A stretch of 64,000 nt of DNA, from assembly GCA_951406725.2 (NCBI GenBank), contig OX597837.1, forward strand, positions 21,762,001-21,826,000, in the 5' to 3' direction. The notes beneath the pieces were generated by a model. It had not been told where the DNA came from and did no database searches. It was given only the letters and a program-made list of their open reading frames with translations. The position numbers were made by a program, and so were the translations under genes. Below are positions 11,594 through 22,831 of the stretch, piece by piece. Positions within the stretch are counted from its first letter, which is position 1, and every line of letters starts with the position of its first letter. Source of the DNA: Octopus vulgaris. Taxonomy: Eukaryota.

Positions 11594-13770
11594 GATCTTT
11601 TGCTTGCGCTTTAAAATCATGGCACTCCCACAATCTTGAGCCTGCAATCCATATTGGCACTGGATGTTTTTGTCCTGCTTTGTCTCTGTATCATGTCGGT
11701 AGTGTGAGGAGGGTCTGTGAAGTGCAGTGCAAATCTTATTGGACCTGAAATTGTAGGATGTGCAATCCCCACTGAGATAACTATCAGATGCCTGGTTGAG
11801 TCAGCGACCATCCAGTGCCACAGCGACTGTGGAAATTGCAGACACAAACCTGGGTGAAGCTGACTGCTGGTGCAATAACCTCATGCATGGGCATTGCTGG
11901 CATTTTGCATGAATAATGACCAATGATAGTCTTCTTTGCTTGTGAGTGGACAGACAGCATATGTGGCATTAGGAAGGGCATCCAGCTGTAGAAACTCTGC
12001 CAGATCAGATTGGAGCCTGACGCAGCCATCTGGTCCACCAGTCCTCAGTCAAATTGTCCAATCCATGCTAGCATGGAAAGTGGACATTAAATGATGATGA
12101 TGATAATGCCTGCATGTATAGCATGAGTACTTAGAAATTCTGGGCTGGGGGCCTGATGCACTGTAACACCGCTAGAGGTGAAGAGTCCTTATATTTTTTT
12201 AAAGCTTGTTTCTTGGACAGCTGATCTCAAGCTGACAAATACTAGAATCCCGATTCTGTCACACACAAAAAAAAAGTAGAAATATAAAGGGGGAGACCCC
12301 GCCACACAAGATATATAATCCAAAACAAGCATGAAAAAACACAGGCCTATTTTAAAACAAACTGAAAGTAAATCAGTCAATCTGTCATGATAAAAACTAA
12401 TCACTACAGAATAAAGTAGTGTTAGGATGAATTTCCATGCTTTCATTCTTTGTAACATACTTACATTATTGTGTAGTGAGTTTAGGTGCTGACATGAGTT
12501 ATCTCCCCCCCCCCCAATCAGCACCACTCTGTACCCAAGCCGATGGGGCTGGGGGCTGGAAAAGTTCATAACTTGATAAACTTCCCTATATTTTCAAACA
12601 AGGGAGTTTAGCATCCCCACTCAGCACAAAGCAATATCTGCATACCGCAGTTTCTGGGTTATTTCATTTCCTCAGCACAGAATAACTGACGGTGCTGCTA
12701 TAAACTCTTCTTCAAAGTGACACACAGTCACTGATCTAATAGAAAAATTATTATTTCTGAATCTCTGAACAAGAGACATTCAATAACAGTACCCTTCTAG
12801 AGTATAGATTATTTGCCAACACAATGTAGCAGTCCTGGTTAGGACGAATATTACTATTATTTAGCCCCAGAAAACATCATCTCCAGCTGGTTATATGACA
12901 CACTATCTGTGTCTTTATATTTTCAAACAAGTGAGTTTAGTGTCCCCATTCAGCACAAAGCAAAATCTGCGTACCACAGTTTCTGGTTATTTCTCTTTGT
13001 CAGCACAGAATAACTGCTTGGCTAGAGATGGTGCTACTATAAACTCTTGTTCGAAATATATAATTTTTCAACATGACACAATCACTGATCTAATAAATAG
13101 AAACATTATTATTTCTAGATCTCTCAACAAAAGACATTCAGTAACAGTACTCTAGAGTAAAGATTATTCACCAACATAATATGGTAGTCCTGGTCAGGAT
13201 GATTAGATTTACAGTTTTATTACATATATGACACGTATGTATATGATACATCATTATCATCTTCGTCCTCACTTTACATCCATTTTCCATGCTGGAATGA
13301 ATTGAACAGTTTAATCGGAGTTGGTAAAACTGGGGGCAGCACCAGGTTTCATTGTCTCTTCTGGCATGGTTTCTACAAATGGATGCCCTTCATACTGCCA
13401 ACAACTCCACAGAGTGTATTGGATGCTTTTAGTGTGGCACCAGGACCATTGCTTTTTGATCTTTTGCTTGTGCTTAAAATCATGGCACTCCCACAATCTT
13501 GAGCCTGCAATCCATATTGGCACTGGATGTTTTTGTCCTGCTTTGTCTCTGTATCATGTCGGTAGTGTGAGGAGGGTCTATGAAGTGCAGTGCAAATCTT
13601 ATTGGACCTGAAATTGTAGGTTGTGCAATCCCCACTGAGATAACTATCAGATGCCTGGTTGAGTCAGCGACCATCCAGTGCCACAGCGACTGTGGAAATT
13701 GCAGACACAAACCTGGGTGAAGCTGACTGCTGGTGCAATAACCTCATGCATGGGCATTGCTGGCATTTTG
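11594..13770 (+). repeat. Forward arm of a local segmental duplication, order X(11594-11907)-Y(11908-12275)-Z(12276-13457)-X(13458-13770)
   Basis: X occurs twice, 1864 bp apart; all three blocks recur inverted at 15529-17426. Confidence 0.9.
12587..13205 (+). repeat. Two diverged ~330-bp tandem units inside block Z; related fragment at ~43048-43215
   Basis: tatattttcaaacaag..gagtttag...cagcacaaagcaa...cagcacagaataactg...gtcctggt.agga occurs at ~12587 and ~12916. Confidence 0.7.
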
Positions 13771-13774
13771 TATC

Positions 13775-13960
13775 AAATCTGCTGTGGTGGACTGGTCTTC
13801 TTGAGTACAGCAGTGGGCCACATATTTTGGTCCTTTGTCATCTCCTTCATAATGCTCAGCGTTTTGAGATCAGTCTTCAATACCTCATCTCATGTCTTCC
13901 TGGGTCCTCTCCCACAAGTTCCATCCACTTTAAGTGATCGGCACTTTTGTATGCAACTCT
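13775..13960 (-). mobile_element. RTE LINE 3' fragment (similar short piece at ~52998-53103)
   Basis: Minus strand CIQKCRSLKVDGTCGRGPRKT*DEVLKTDLK. Confidence 0.6.
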
Positions 13961-14309
13961 CTTACAAAAACTGCATTAAAATATGAATCCAAGAATGAAG
14001 AAAACACAAACATGAATGAAGAAAAATAAAAGGAAAAAAAGAAAGGAAAAAGGAAGAAAAAAAAGAAACCCTCAATTCAAAACCAAGTGCCCCATTTGGT
14101 TCCAGACCAGCACACTTGTGGCATTACTACAGGCAATCATCATTATCACCATCATCCATCGTTAAACACCCGTTTTCCATGTTGGCAAGGGTTAGACTGT
14201 TTGACTGGAACTCGTAATCTGGAGAGCTGCACCAGGATCCAATCTGATTCAACCAAGTTTCTGTGGCTGAATGTCCTTCCTAACATCAACCATTCCAAAG
14301 AGTGTACAA

Positions 14310-14462
14310 GGTGCCTTTAACATGTCACTAGCATGGGTGCCCATAATATGTCACCAGCACAGGTGCCTTTTATATGTCACCAGCACAGGTGCCTTTGATG
14401 TGTCACCAGCATGGGTGCATTCAATGTGTCACCAGCACAGGTGCCTCTAACATGGCACTGGT
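14310..14462. repeat. 26-bp minisatellite (~5.5 units) in an old family C SINE
   Basis: tgtcaccagcacaggtgccttt.a.. repeated. Confidence 0.85.
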
Positions 14463-15528
14463 GATGGCAAGGCTATTTTATTTCTGAATATTTTTCTTTT
14501 TGTTTTAATTTACTCACCCATTCTGATTTTGCTCTTCAAGTCACAGAAGAGGAGTTTGAGAAAATTATGGAAAAATAATTTAATTCAAATATCTCTAGGT
14601 ACACCATATAGAATACAAAACTTCTACATGATCATATAACCAGTTAATAATAACCAAATCTCCCTCAAAAACCAACCTCATCATCCTATTGTATTAAATA
14701 AGGGATGTCCCATTGAATATCCTAATTCTAAATCCCACTAACTGTTTGAGATTGCCATGGGTGGAACGCTTTCACTGTGAAAGTTGACCTGGATTCAAGA
14801 GCCACTACATACAATTAAAATTTGAAAACATTATTTTTTGTTGACCTATTGTTGCTGTTATTATTGTTGATGTTGTTGTTGCTGCTGCTGCTGTTGTTTA
14901 TCTCCAAAAGTACTGTGTGTAACCATCCCATTTCTTGTTCTTTTCTCATCTTTTTTCTAAAAATAGTGTATGTAGGGTTACATTCTCTAATGCCTCAGTA
15001 TTAGAGTATGCTTTGGGGGGAGATTTAGCTGTTGTTTCTAGCAGACTAAGAAACAACATAGGAGCTTTCTTGTAAACTAAACCAGTGAAAGTGAAAGGTC
15101 GTAGTCGTGAACTCAGGGCGTTCTGGGAGATAAAGCACGAATTGTTGATTTGTCATTTAATAGTCCAACTTCTTGTGTGTAGCTCTCTGACATTCTCATC
15201 ATAGTTTTTAATTATAAGAATATTTCTAACCTTAATTCTGTAAAATATCTTCAACCATTATAATACATAAGAATTTACAATATATATAATTGTGATTTTC
15301 AGCTGGCACTAGAGATCATTGAAATAAATAACACTATTGCCTATACAAAAGGTTTTTATATCAGAGTGACCTTCTTCAAGAACAGTGTTGCTCATGATGT
15401 GTACATGTGGGTTCTGAGAACTAGAAAGTTGGGGGAAGCAATTTACCATGATTAATACAAAATAGAATAATGAAGATGCAAGCTTTTTCTTTCTCATGAA
15501 TAAAGAATGTGAAGGGCAAAATTTTTCA

Positions 15529-17426
15529 CTACCTTTTTTTTTTGTGTGTGACAGAATCGGGATTCTAGTATTTGTCAGCTTGAGATCAGCTGTCCAAGAA
15601 ATAAGCTTTAAAAAAATGTAAGGACACTTCACCTCTAGCGGTGTTACAGTGCATCAGGCCCCCAGCCCAGAATTTCTAAGTACTCATGCTATACATGCAC
15701 ATGTACATGCAGGCATTATCATCATCATCATTTAATGTCCACTTTCCGTGCTAGCATGGATTGGACAATTTGACTGAGGACTGGTGGACCAGATGGCTGC
15801 GTCAGGCTCCAGTCTGATCTGGCAGAGTTTCTACAGCTGGATGCCCTTCCTAACACCACATATGCTGTCTGTCCACTCACAAGCAAAGAAGACTATCATT
15901 GGTCATTATTCATGCAAAATGCCAGCAATGCCCATGCATGAGGTTATTGCACCAGCAGTCAGCTTCACCCAGGTTTGTGTCTGCAATTTCCACAGTCGCT
16001 GTGGCACTGGATGGTCGCTGACTCAACCAGGCATCTGATAGTTATCTCAGTGGGGATTGCACAACCTACAATTTCAGGTCCAATAAGATTTGCACTGCAC
16101 TTCATAGACCCTCCTCACACTACCGACATGATACAGAGACAAAGCAGGACAAAAACATCCAGTGCCAATATGGATTGCAGGCTCAAGATTGTGGGAGTGC
16201 CATGATTTTAAGCACAAGCAAAAGATCAAAAAGCAATGGTCCTGGTGCCACACTAAAAGCATCCAATACACTCTGTGGAGTTGTTGGCAGTATGAAGGGC
16301 ATCCATTTGTAGAAACCATACCAGAAGAGACAATGAAACCTGGTGCTGCCCCCAGTTTTACCAACTCCAATTAAACTGTTCAATTCATTCCAGCATGGAA
16401 AATGGATGTAAAGTGAGGACGAAGATGATAATGATGTATCATATACATACGTGTCATATATGTAATAAAGCTATATATCTAATCATCCTGACCAGGACTA
16501 CCATATTATGTTGGTGAATAATCTTTACTCTAGAGTACTGTTACTGAATGTCTTTTGTTGAGAGATCTAGAAATAATAATGTTTCTATTTATTAGATCAG
16601 TGATTGTGTCATGTTGAAAAATTATATATTTCGAACAAGAGTTTATAGTAGCACCATCTCTAGCCAAGCAGTTATTCTGTGCTGACAAAGAGAAATAACC
16701 AGAAACTGTGGTACGCAGATTTTGCTTTGTGCTGAATGGGGACACTAAACTCACTTGTTTGAAAATATAAAGACACAGATAGTGTGTCATATAACCAGCT
16801 GGAGATGATGTTTTCTGGGGCTAAATAATAGTAATATTCGTCCTAACCAGGACTGCTACATTGTGTTGGCAAATAATCTATACTCTAGAAGGGTACTGTT
16901 ATTGAATGTCTCTTGTTCAGAGATTCAGAAATAATAATTTTTCTATTAGATCAGTGACTGTGTGTCACTTTGAAAATTATATTTTGAAGAAGAGTTTATA
17001 GCAGCACCATCAGTCATTCTGTGCTGATGAAGTGAAATAACCCAGAAACTGCAGATATTGCTTTGTGCTGAGTGTGGATGCTAAACTCCCTTGTTTGAAA
17101 ATATAGGGAAGTTTATCAAGTTATGTACCCATCGGCTTGGGTATAGAGTGGTGCTGATGGAGGGAGGGTGAGAAGATAACTCATGTCAGCACCTGAACTC
17201 ACTACACAATAATGTAAAAACGATGATGATGTTACAAAGAATGAAAGCATGGAAATTCGTCCTAACAATGCTTTATTCTGTAGTAATTAGTTTTTATCAA
17301 GACAGGTTGACTGATTTACTTTCAGTTTGTTTTAAAATAGGCCTGTGTTTTTTCATGCTTGGTTTGGATTATATATCTCGTATAAAAGTATAAGAGTGGC
17401 GGGGTCACCCCCTTTATATTTCTACT
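15529..17426 (-). repeat. Inverted, circularly permuted copy (Z-X-Y on the minus strand) of 11594-13770
   Basis: Near-identical spurious ORFs on opposite strands (12895-13155 vs 16530-16790; 13480-13710 vs 15975-16205; 11784-12038 vs 15784-16038). Confidence 0.9.
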
Positions 17427-17744
17427 AAATTTTTTTTCAAGTATTGTAGTTATATTTGTGGTTTTACCAATAGATACTAAATCTAAGATTGGAAGCAAAA
17501 TATGATGTTCCCAGGTTTATATCAGAACACAGTTTTAGGATTTCTGCAGATTTTACTTTTCCATTTATAAGTTGGCCACTCTGCATACTCAATCAGTATT
17601 CTTCACTTCAAGAATTTGTAAGCAGCAAACATAAGAATTGTTGATGATGAAAGAATTGTTAGCAGCAAACTGCTAAGTTGTATTTTCAATTTTATATTTT
17701 TATTAAGCTTTTTCTCATCCTACCATCTTTACACATTTGGTAAA

Positions 17745-18097
17745 GGTATTTGTAGAGAAACAAAAGAATGTTTCATAGGTCAGCGACAGCATTTCTTCCA
17801 ATAATAGAAGATAATATAAGACTATGGGTACCACCATCATAAGTGACGAATGGTCAGCATATAAAAATATAATTAATCTTGGTCATTTTCAACATCTCAC
17901 TGTGAATCATTCTCTACACTTTACCAATCCTACTAATGGTGCTCACACCCAAAATATTCAAAGACTTTGGAAGAGTGCTAAAGAGAAAAATAAAAGACAA
18001 AATGGCACTCACAGAGGTCTACTGGACTCATATATGTGCGAGTTTATGTGACAACAAGAGATTGGATTAGAAGGGTTAGATTCTTTTTATTCAATAG
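17745..18097 (+). pseudogene. Merlin (IS1595/ISXO2-like) DDE transposase fragment
   Basis: GICRETKECF...LPIIEDNI / GTTIISDEWSAY...HLTVNHSLHF.NP.NGAHTQNIQRLW...K...NGT.R.LLDSYMCEFM*: typical ISXO2/Merlin C-terminal motifs; frameshifts, conserved Trp changed to TGA. Confidence 0.85.
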
Positions 18098-18230
18098 GGA
18101 ATTCGTTGACAAGCTTCTTTAATTTACTTTCTTCATTTCTTTTAAATTTATTTAAGATACACCCTCGTATCTATTTCCTTGTCCAGTAAACTCATGAGCC
18201 TTGGGCTGCTCCCACCTCTTCTCAGTGGGA

Positions 18231-18279
<49 letters not shown>

Positions 18280-18519
18280 CATATGTATGTAACGGATGAA
18301 GATTACTTTTGTATCGGTTGAAATTTAATTGTGACGGCATGTTGTAAGATGTAAAAGAAGAACAATGCACGTAGTTTTAAGGAAATATTTATTTTCACCA
18401 TTGAATTATACAATACCTTGCCTTGAAGGGCAGGTGATAAAAATCGTAAAGCATGCAAAGTAAAGATAGATATAGATTTTCCTTGCATAGTTTGTGTTTG
18501 TGTTCTCCTCATTGTTTAG

Positions 18520-19024
18520 TAGTAATTACAGAGAAAGATAGAATGATGTAAGAGAACAGAATTAGAGCTAATGAGAGTGAGAGAGTGTGAGATGTCTTTC
18601 TTTTTCCCTCTGGCTGTTTGTCTGCCTGCCTCCATGATTCTAGCGGTCAGTTCACTAACTGATGTTAGCCCTCTCTCAACTCAAGAGTTGTCACCAAAGT
18701 GACTTACTGGTTGAGTCGTCACCAAGTGACTAACTGCTCGAGTCCTCACCAAGTGATCTCTGTCTTTTTGCTTGGGGTTCTTGCTTTTATAACTATCCAG
18801 AAGGATAGACATATTATTGAGAACAATGGGCTTTGTTGATGTTATAGTAGAAGAGGTTATAAGGGTCAAGTGGTGAAGACATTATTTCAGCCTAGCTACA
18901 GGCATCTGGAATATGTAAAACTGCTGTCACTGAAAAAATTTTGTTCTACTATGAGAAAAGTTCTGTTGAACTGTTAATTTAAATTTGGCTATGGTGGATT
19001 GAATCCACTTCATGCCTGCAAGAT

Positions 19025-19031
<7 letters not shown>
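18520..19031 (-). mobile_element. Diverged LTR-like repeat, related to 22500-22831; contains three ~27-bp internal repeats (18684-18757)
   Basis: Shared blocks agaaggatag..gagaaca, gaagaggtta, aactgctgtcact, gagaaaag, gaatcca..atgcctgca; left boundary uncertain. Confidence 0.5.
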
Positions 19032-19062
<31 letters not shown>

Positions 19063-19066
<4 letters not shown>

Positions 19067-19753
19067 GCGAACTCTAGTGAACTTCCTCTCTCTATTATAT
19101 ATATATGTACATATGAACGTAGCAGGTAACAGCTAACCTTTGGTCAGTGTTTTGGACCCTGTTGTGTCTACCATTGATTGGTATTGGCGCAATTTGTCTC
19201 TTACTCTATCGTGCGCCAATATGCAACCCAACCAATCACAGCCTTCAAATAAATCATGTGAGACAGTCTTTTCTAAACTGCATTTGAGCTTACCTATCAG
19301 CTATAAAAGCTCATCTCCTATTAGTCTCAACGTCAGTTGGTTCCAGACTTTCTAAGGTCTAACCAGTGACCACATTACAGTGACCACCACTGATGTTTCT
19401 CACCAACATCGTCAACAACATCTACACAGCACCAACATACTGCACTGCTTCTAATATCACTGTTCGTGAGCTTTCCTCACCAGGGTTAACAGCTAACGTA
19501 CAACCCACACGGATGCATGTAGATATACGAGTAAATGCACATCAACCACTTCCATTCAGCATGTGTGTGTGTGTACGTGTGTAACCACAATAAACGTATT
19601 TAAAGTTATCACCTTTCTTCCATGTATTTCTTTACTGGGTTCCTACCACAATAATATTACAGCCTTCTGAGGGGAATCACATTAGATGGACTATAGTGGT
19701 GACCCGACACCGAAGATACAACCCATCCATCTAAAACGGTGACCCAACGTGAT
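19063..19753 (+). mobile_element. Gypsy-type 5' LTR (19063-~19695) with two tandem tRNA-Trp-like primer-binding sites; internal part lost
   Basis: Starts TGTAGCG after (TA)n; contains TATAAAA and AATAAA; ends ACTATA. Followed by TGGTGACCCGAC (19697) and CGGTGACCCAACGTGAT (19737), near-complements of the tRNA-Trp 3' end. Confidence 0.65.
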
Positions 19754-19794
19754 GTGGACATTTTATCCTTCTAATATATATATATATATATATA

Positions 19795-20023
19795 CCGGAG
19801 TAAACACATAAATGTGAAACAAGGTGGAAAAAAGAGTACTCAAATACCAGTGGTAGAGTAATATGCTTTATTTTAAGCAGCAGAAAATTCAACAAAATCT
19901 GTTACTCTGAGTTTCTCGTTGCCGTTCATCAGACAGTTTTTGCTAGCAAAAACTGTCTGATGAACGGCAACGAGAAACTCAGAGTAACAGATTTTGTTGA
20001 ATTTTCTGCTGCTTAAAATAAAG
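19795..20023. mobile_element. Penelope-like inverted pseudo-LTR with a perfect 158-bp palindrome (19866-20023)
   Basis: 79-bp arms, no spacer, centre TGCT|AGCA; embedded in (TA)n; same family as 27209-27425. Confidence 0.75.
19953..19990 (+). ncRNA. Minimal type-I hammerhead ribozyme motif (mirror copy on the minus strand at 19899-19936)
   Basis: CUGU-CUGAUGA-ACG(GCAA)CGA-GAAA-CUC(A)GAG-UA-ACAG: stem I, conserved core, short stems II/III, GUA site; the stem II closing pair is an A-A mismatch. Confidence 0.7.
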
Positions 20024-20674
20024 TATATATATATATATACACACGATGGGCTTCTTTCAGTTTCCGTCTACCAAATCCTGTCACAAGGCTTTGGTCGGCC
20101 CGAGGATATAGTAGAAGTCATCTGTCTAAGGTGCCACGCAGTAAGACTGAACCTGAAAACCATGTGGTTGAGAAACAAGCTTCTTACCACACAGTCACGC
20201 CTGCATGATATATATATATATATATAAATATTAAATTTCTAAATGTCTCAAAGGGACTGTCACGTTAAGTTGATGGTATACAGCCACTCTATATATATAT
20301 AATAATAATAATATTAGGGAGTATATCCAAACTTACAGGGAAAAATTAGATTTAGGATTAAATCAAATTTAACAGTATAAATATAAATTAAATTAGAGAT
20401 AAAAACACTATTAGGCAAATCAGTGTAAGACAACCAAAACATAAAAATAAATATAATTAATATAATATACAAAAAAAATAAAATATAAAATTTTAAATAT
20501 TTAAATTTTAAATTTTAAATTTATAATTATAAATTTTCATATTTTTATATTTTTTAAATTTTAAATTTATAAATTTTTAAACTTGTAATTTTTTAATTTC
20601 TTTTTTTTAAATTTTATATATACTATCAAAAAGTATTAAAAAGTTTAATATAATATAATAAAACCACTTTGTAT

Positions 20675-20712
<38 letters not shown>

Positions 20713-21199
20713 AAACCACACAAAAATTCAAATTCCAAACCGAAAAAAACAAACATGAGGGAAGAAAGAAAAACATCAATTTAACACCAAGTGCCGCCTC
20801 AAATGGTCGCTCATCACAAAGTTGGAAAATATTATTGAAAAATCTAATGTAAGGGGAAACAACTCTTGCATAACAGCCAATTTATATCCCTTTATTATAG
20901 AAATCTGTAAAAGAAATTATTTGGTTTCATTGACTCTTTCAGCATCATGTTTGCCTCTTTATAAACTGATTATATAGAATATTTTACACAGATATTCTTT
21001 TATTTAACTATTCTTTTCAATATAAAAAAACCAGAACTAATGGAAGGCAAAAGAGAAAAAGTATTGTTTTTTCATACCCAGATCGGTGTTTACAGGCTTT
21101 CGCCGGACAAGGGAGGTCACGGTGTTGCATATCTCTCCAACATTGCTTATCTTTATTCTCAGTCACAGATGTTAGCTGTATCGTTAATATAATAATAAT

Positions 21200-22310
21200 A
21201 ATAATAATGAAATTATTGTATACAGTGCTCAGGTGCACCACAACTTGTCAAAGTATATGCAGTAATGTACAAATGTCTGGAAAGCGAACAATGCATGAGT
21301 CAGATATATGCTTGTGTGTGTATGGAGGGGAGAAAATCAGGTGTAGTGTTGGCGAATCTCAGGAAGCATGGAAGTTTTGAAGGATGCAGTGCTCCAACAA
21401 CTAACAACTGATGCCGGCAGTTTGTTCCATGTTTCCTACGGCGGTTTTTCGGTTATTCTACCTTAAGCTTTCTCTTAGGTTATATTGTTTATTTGGGCTT
21501 CTCTCTGAGTAAGGGAGAATATAATGATTCAACGTCACTTATACTCAAGTGTTATCATTATACCTAAAACCCTAACTACAGTTATAACGTCATATAGACA
21601 TATACGCATGAAACGCTATATTAATGACATGTATGTTGAATATTTTAATCGTGTCCTTTAAACCGCTATAAGAAACATAAATCAAAGATTACAGAAATGC
21701 ATATTTATCTATGCTCAGTTGAAAAACAAACGTGAAGAGAAACATTTTCTTTTTAATTATTTTTTATTATATAAATATAACATTTTATATTATTTACAGT
21801 AAGAAAGATGACTTTGTCGTGAAGAAAAACGACTATAAATTCATTAGCTAATTTCTTCTTTCTATCTAATACATTAACCAACAAATCAAAATAGATTTGT
21901 GATTAACTGAGACATGGCATAAAAATTACCGATGTCTCCAAAAGAGTGAGTGTCGTGGAGTTATGTGACAACCAACGAACACTAAAATCTCTTCCCAAAT
22001 CCAGGGTTTTTATAACTGCTCAACCTAACCAAAAAGAATCGAAATTCAGGACAAACATTCTTTACGAAACTTCTAGAATCTTTATATGAGCAGTTATATT
22101 AACCAATGGAAAAAAACGAAAATGATAATTCTTCGGCAAAGACATTACGTCATATTGCCAATTCGCGCCACATTTCAAAATGGCTAAAATGGTTATTGCT
22201 ACACATGCTTCAGCAACTCTCAGCGTGAAAAAATGTTTCCTGAAGTCATGGGAGCTGTGCTGTTTTCTGACTTTGTAAATATGTCCACGGGTGTTAGATG
22301 GGTGGAGTTT
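21200..22310 (-). mobile_element. CR1-type LINE 3' end split by a 772-bp insertion
   Basis: SNTRGHIYKVRKQHSSHDFRKHFFTLRVAEA (22310-22205) continues as WNKLPASVVSC.STASFK (21430 downward): the CR1 ORF2 C-terminus; (ATT)n tail. Confidence 0.8.
21432..22203. mobile_element. Unclassified non-coding insertion flanked by CATG direct repeats
   Basis: CATG at 21428-21431 and 22204-22207; removing the insert and one CATG restores the CR1 reading frame; no terminal inverted repeats or tail. Confidence 0.7.
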
Positions 22311-22499
22311 ATGTGCGTGTATACTAGCATATATATATATAGGATGAAGTTTTTTTACAGAAAAAAATTTCATCAGAAAATGTGGCAGCATATTAAAATA
22401 CCTTTAAGATTAGAATTATAAATAAGGGCAAAAGAAAATTATTTCTATGCCATAGTTGACATTCTCACTGTAAGCCTTCTCTCTAACTGGATTCTGAAT

Positions 22500-22831
22500 G
22501 TGGTCACCTCTGCATCATCTCCTTTTTGCCAACTCTTTTTCCTACGTATTTATAATTATCCAAACTAGTTAGAAGGATAGCCATATCGTTGAGAACAGTG
22601 AATGTCGTTGGCGGTCTGTTATCTCTATTGTAGCTTTTGGTGGCCGAGAAGAGGTTAGAAGTGTCAAGTGGCAAAGACATTATTCTGCTAAGTACAGGCA
22701 GCTGGCAAATGTAACTGCTGTCACTCACAGAAAAGCTACTGCTTTACCGTGAGAAAAGTGCTGTTGAACTATTAAGTGAAATTTGGCAATCGAGGATCGA
22801 ATCCAAGCTATGCCTGCATGAAGCCACTACA
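22500..22831 (-). mobile_element. LTR-like repeat starting TGTAGTGG on the minus strand
   Basis: Homologous to ~18786-19031; TG terminus next to (TA)n. Confidence 0.5.
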
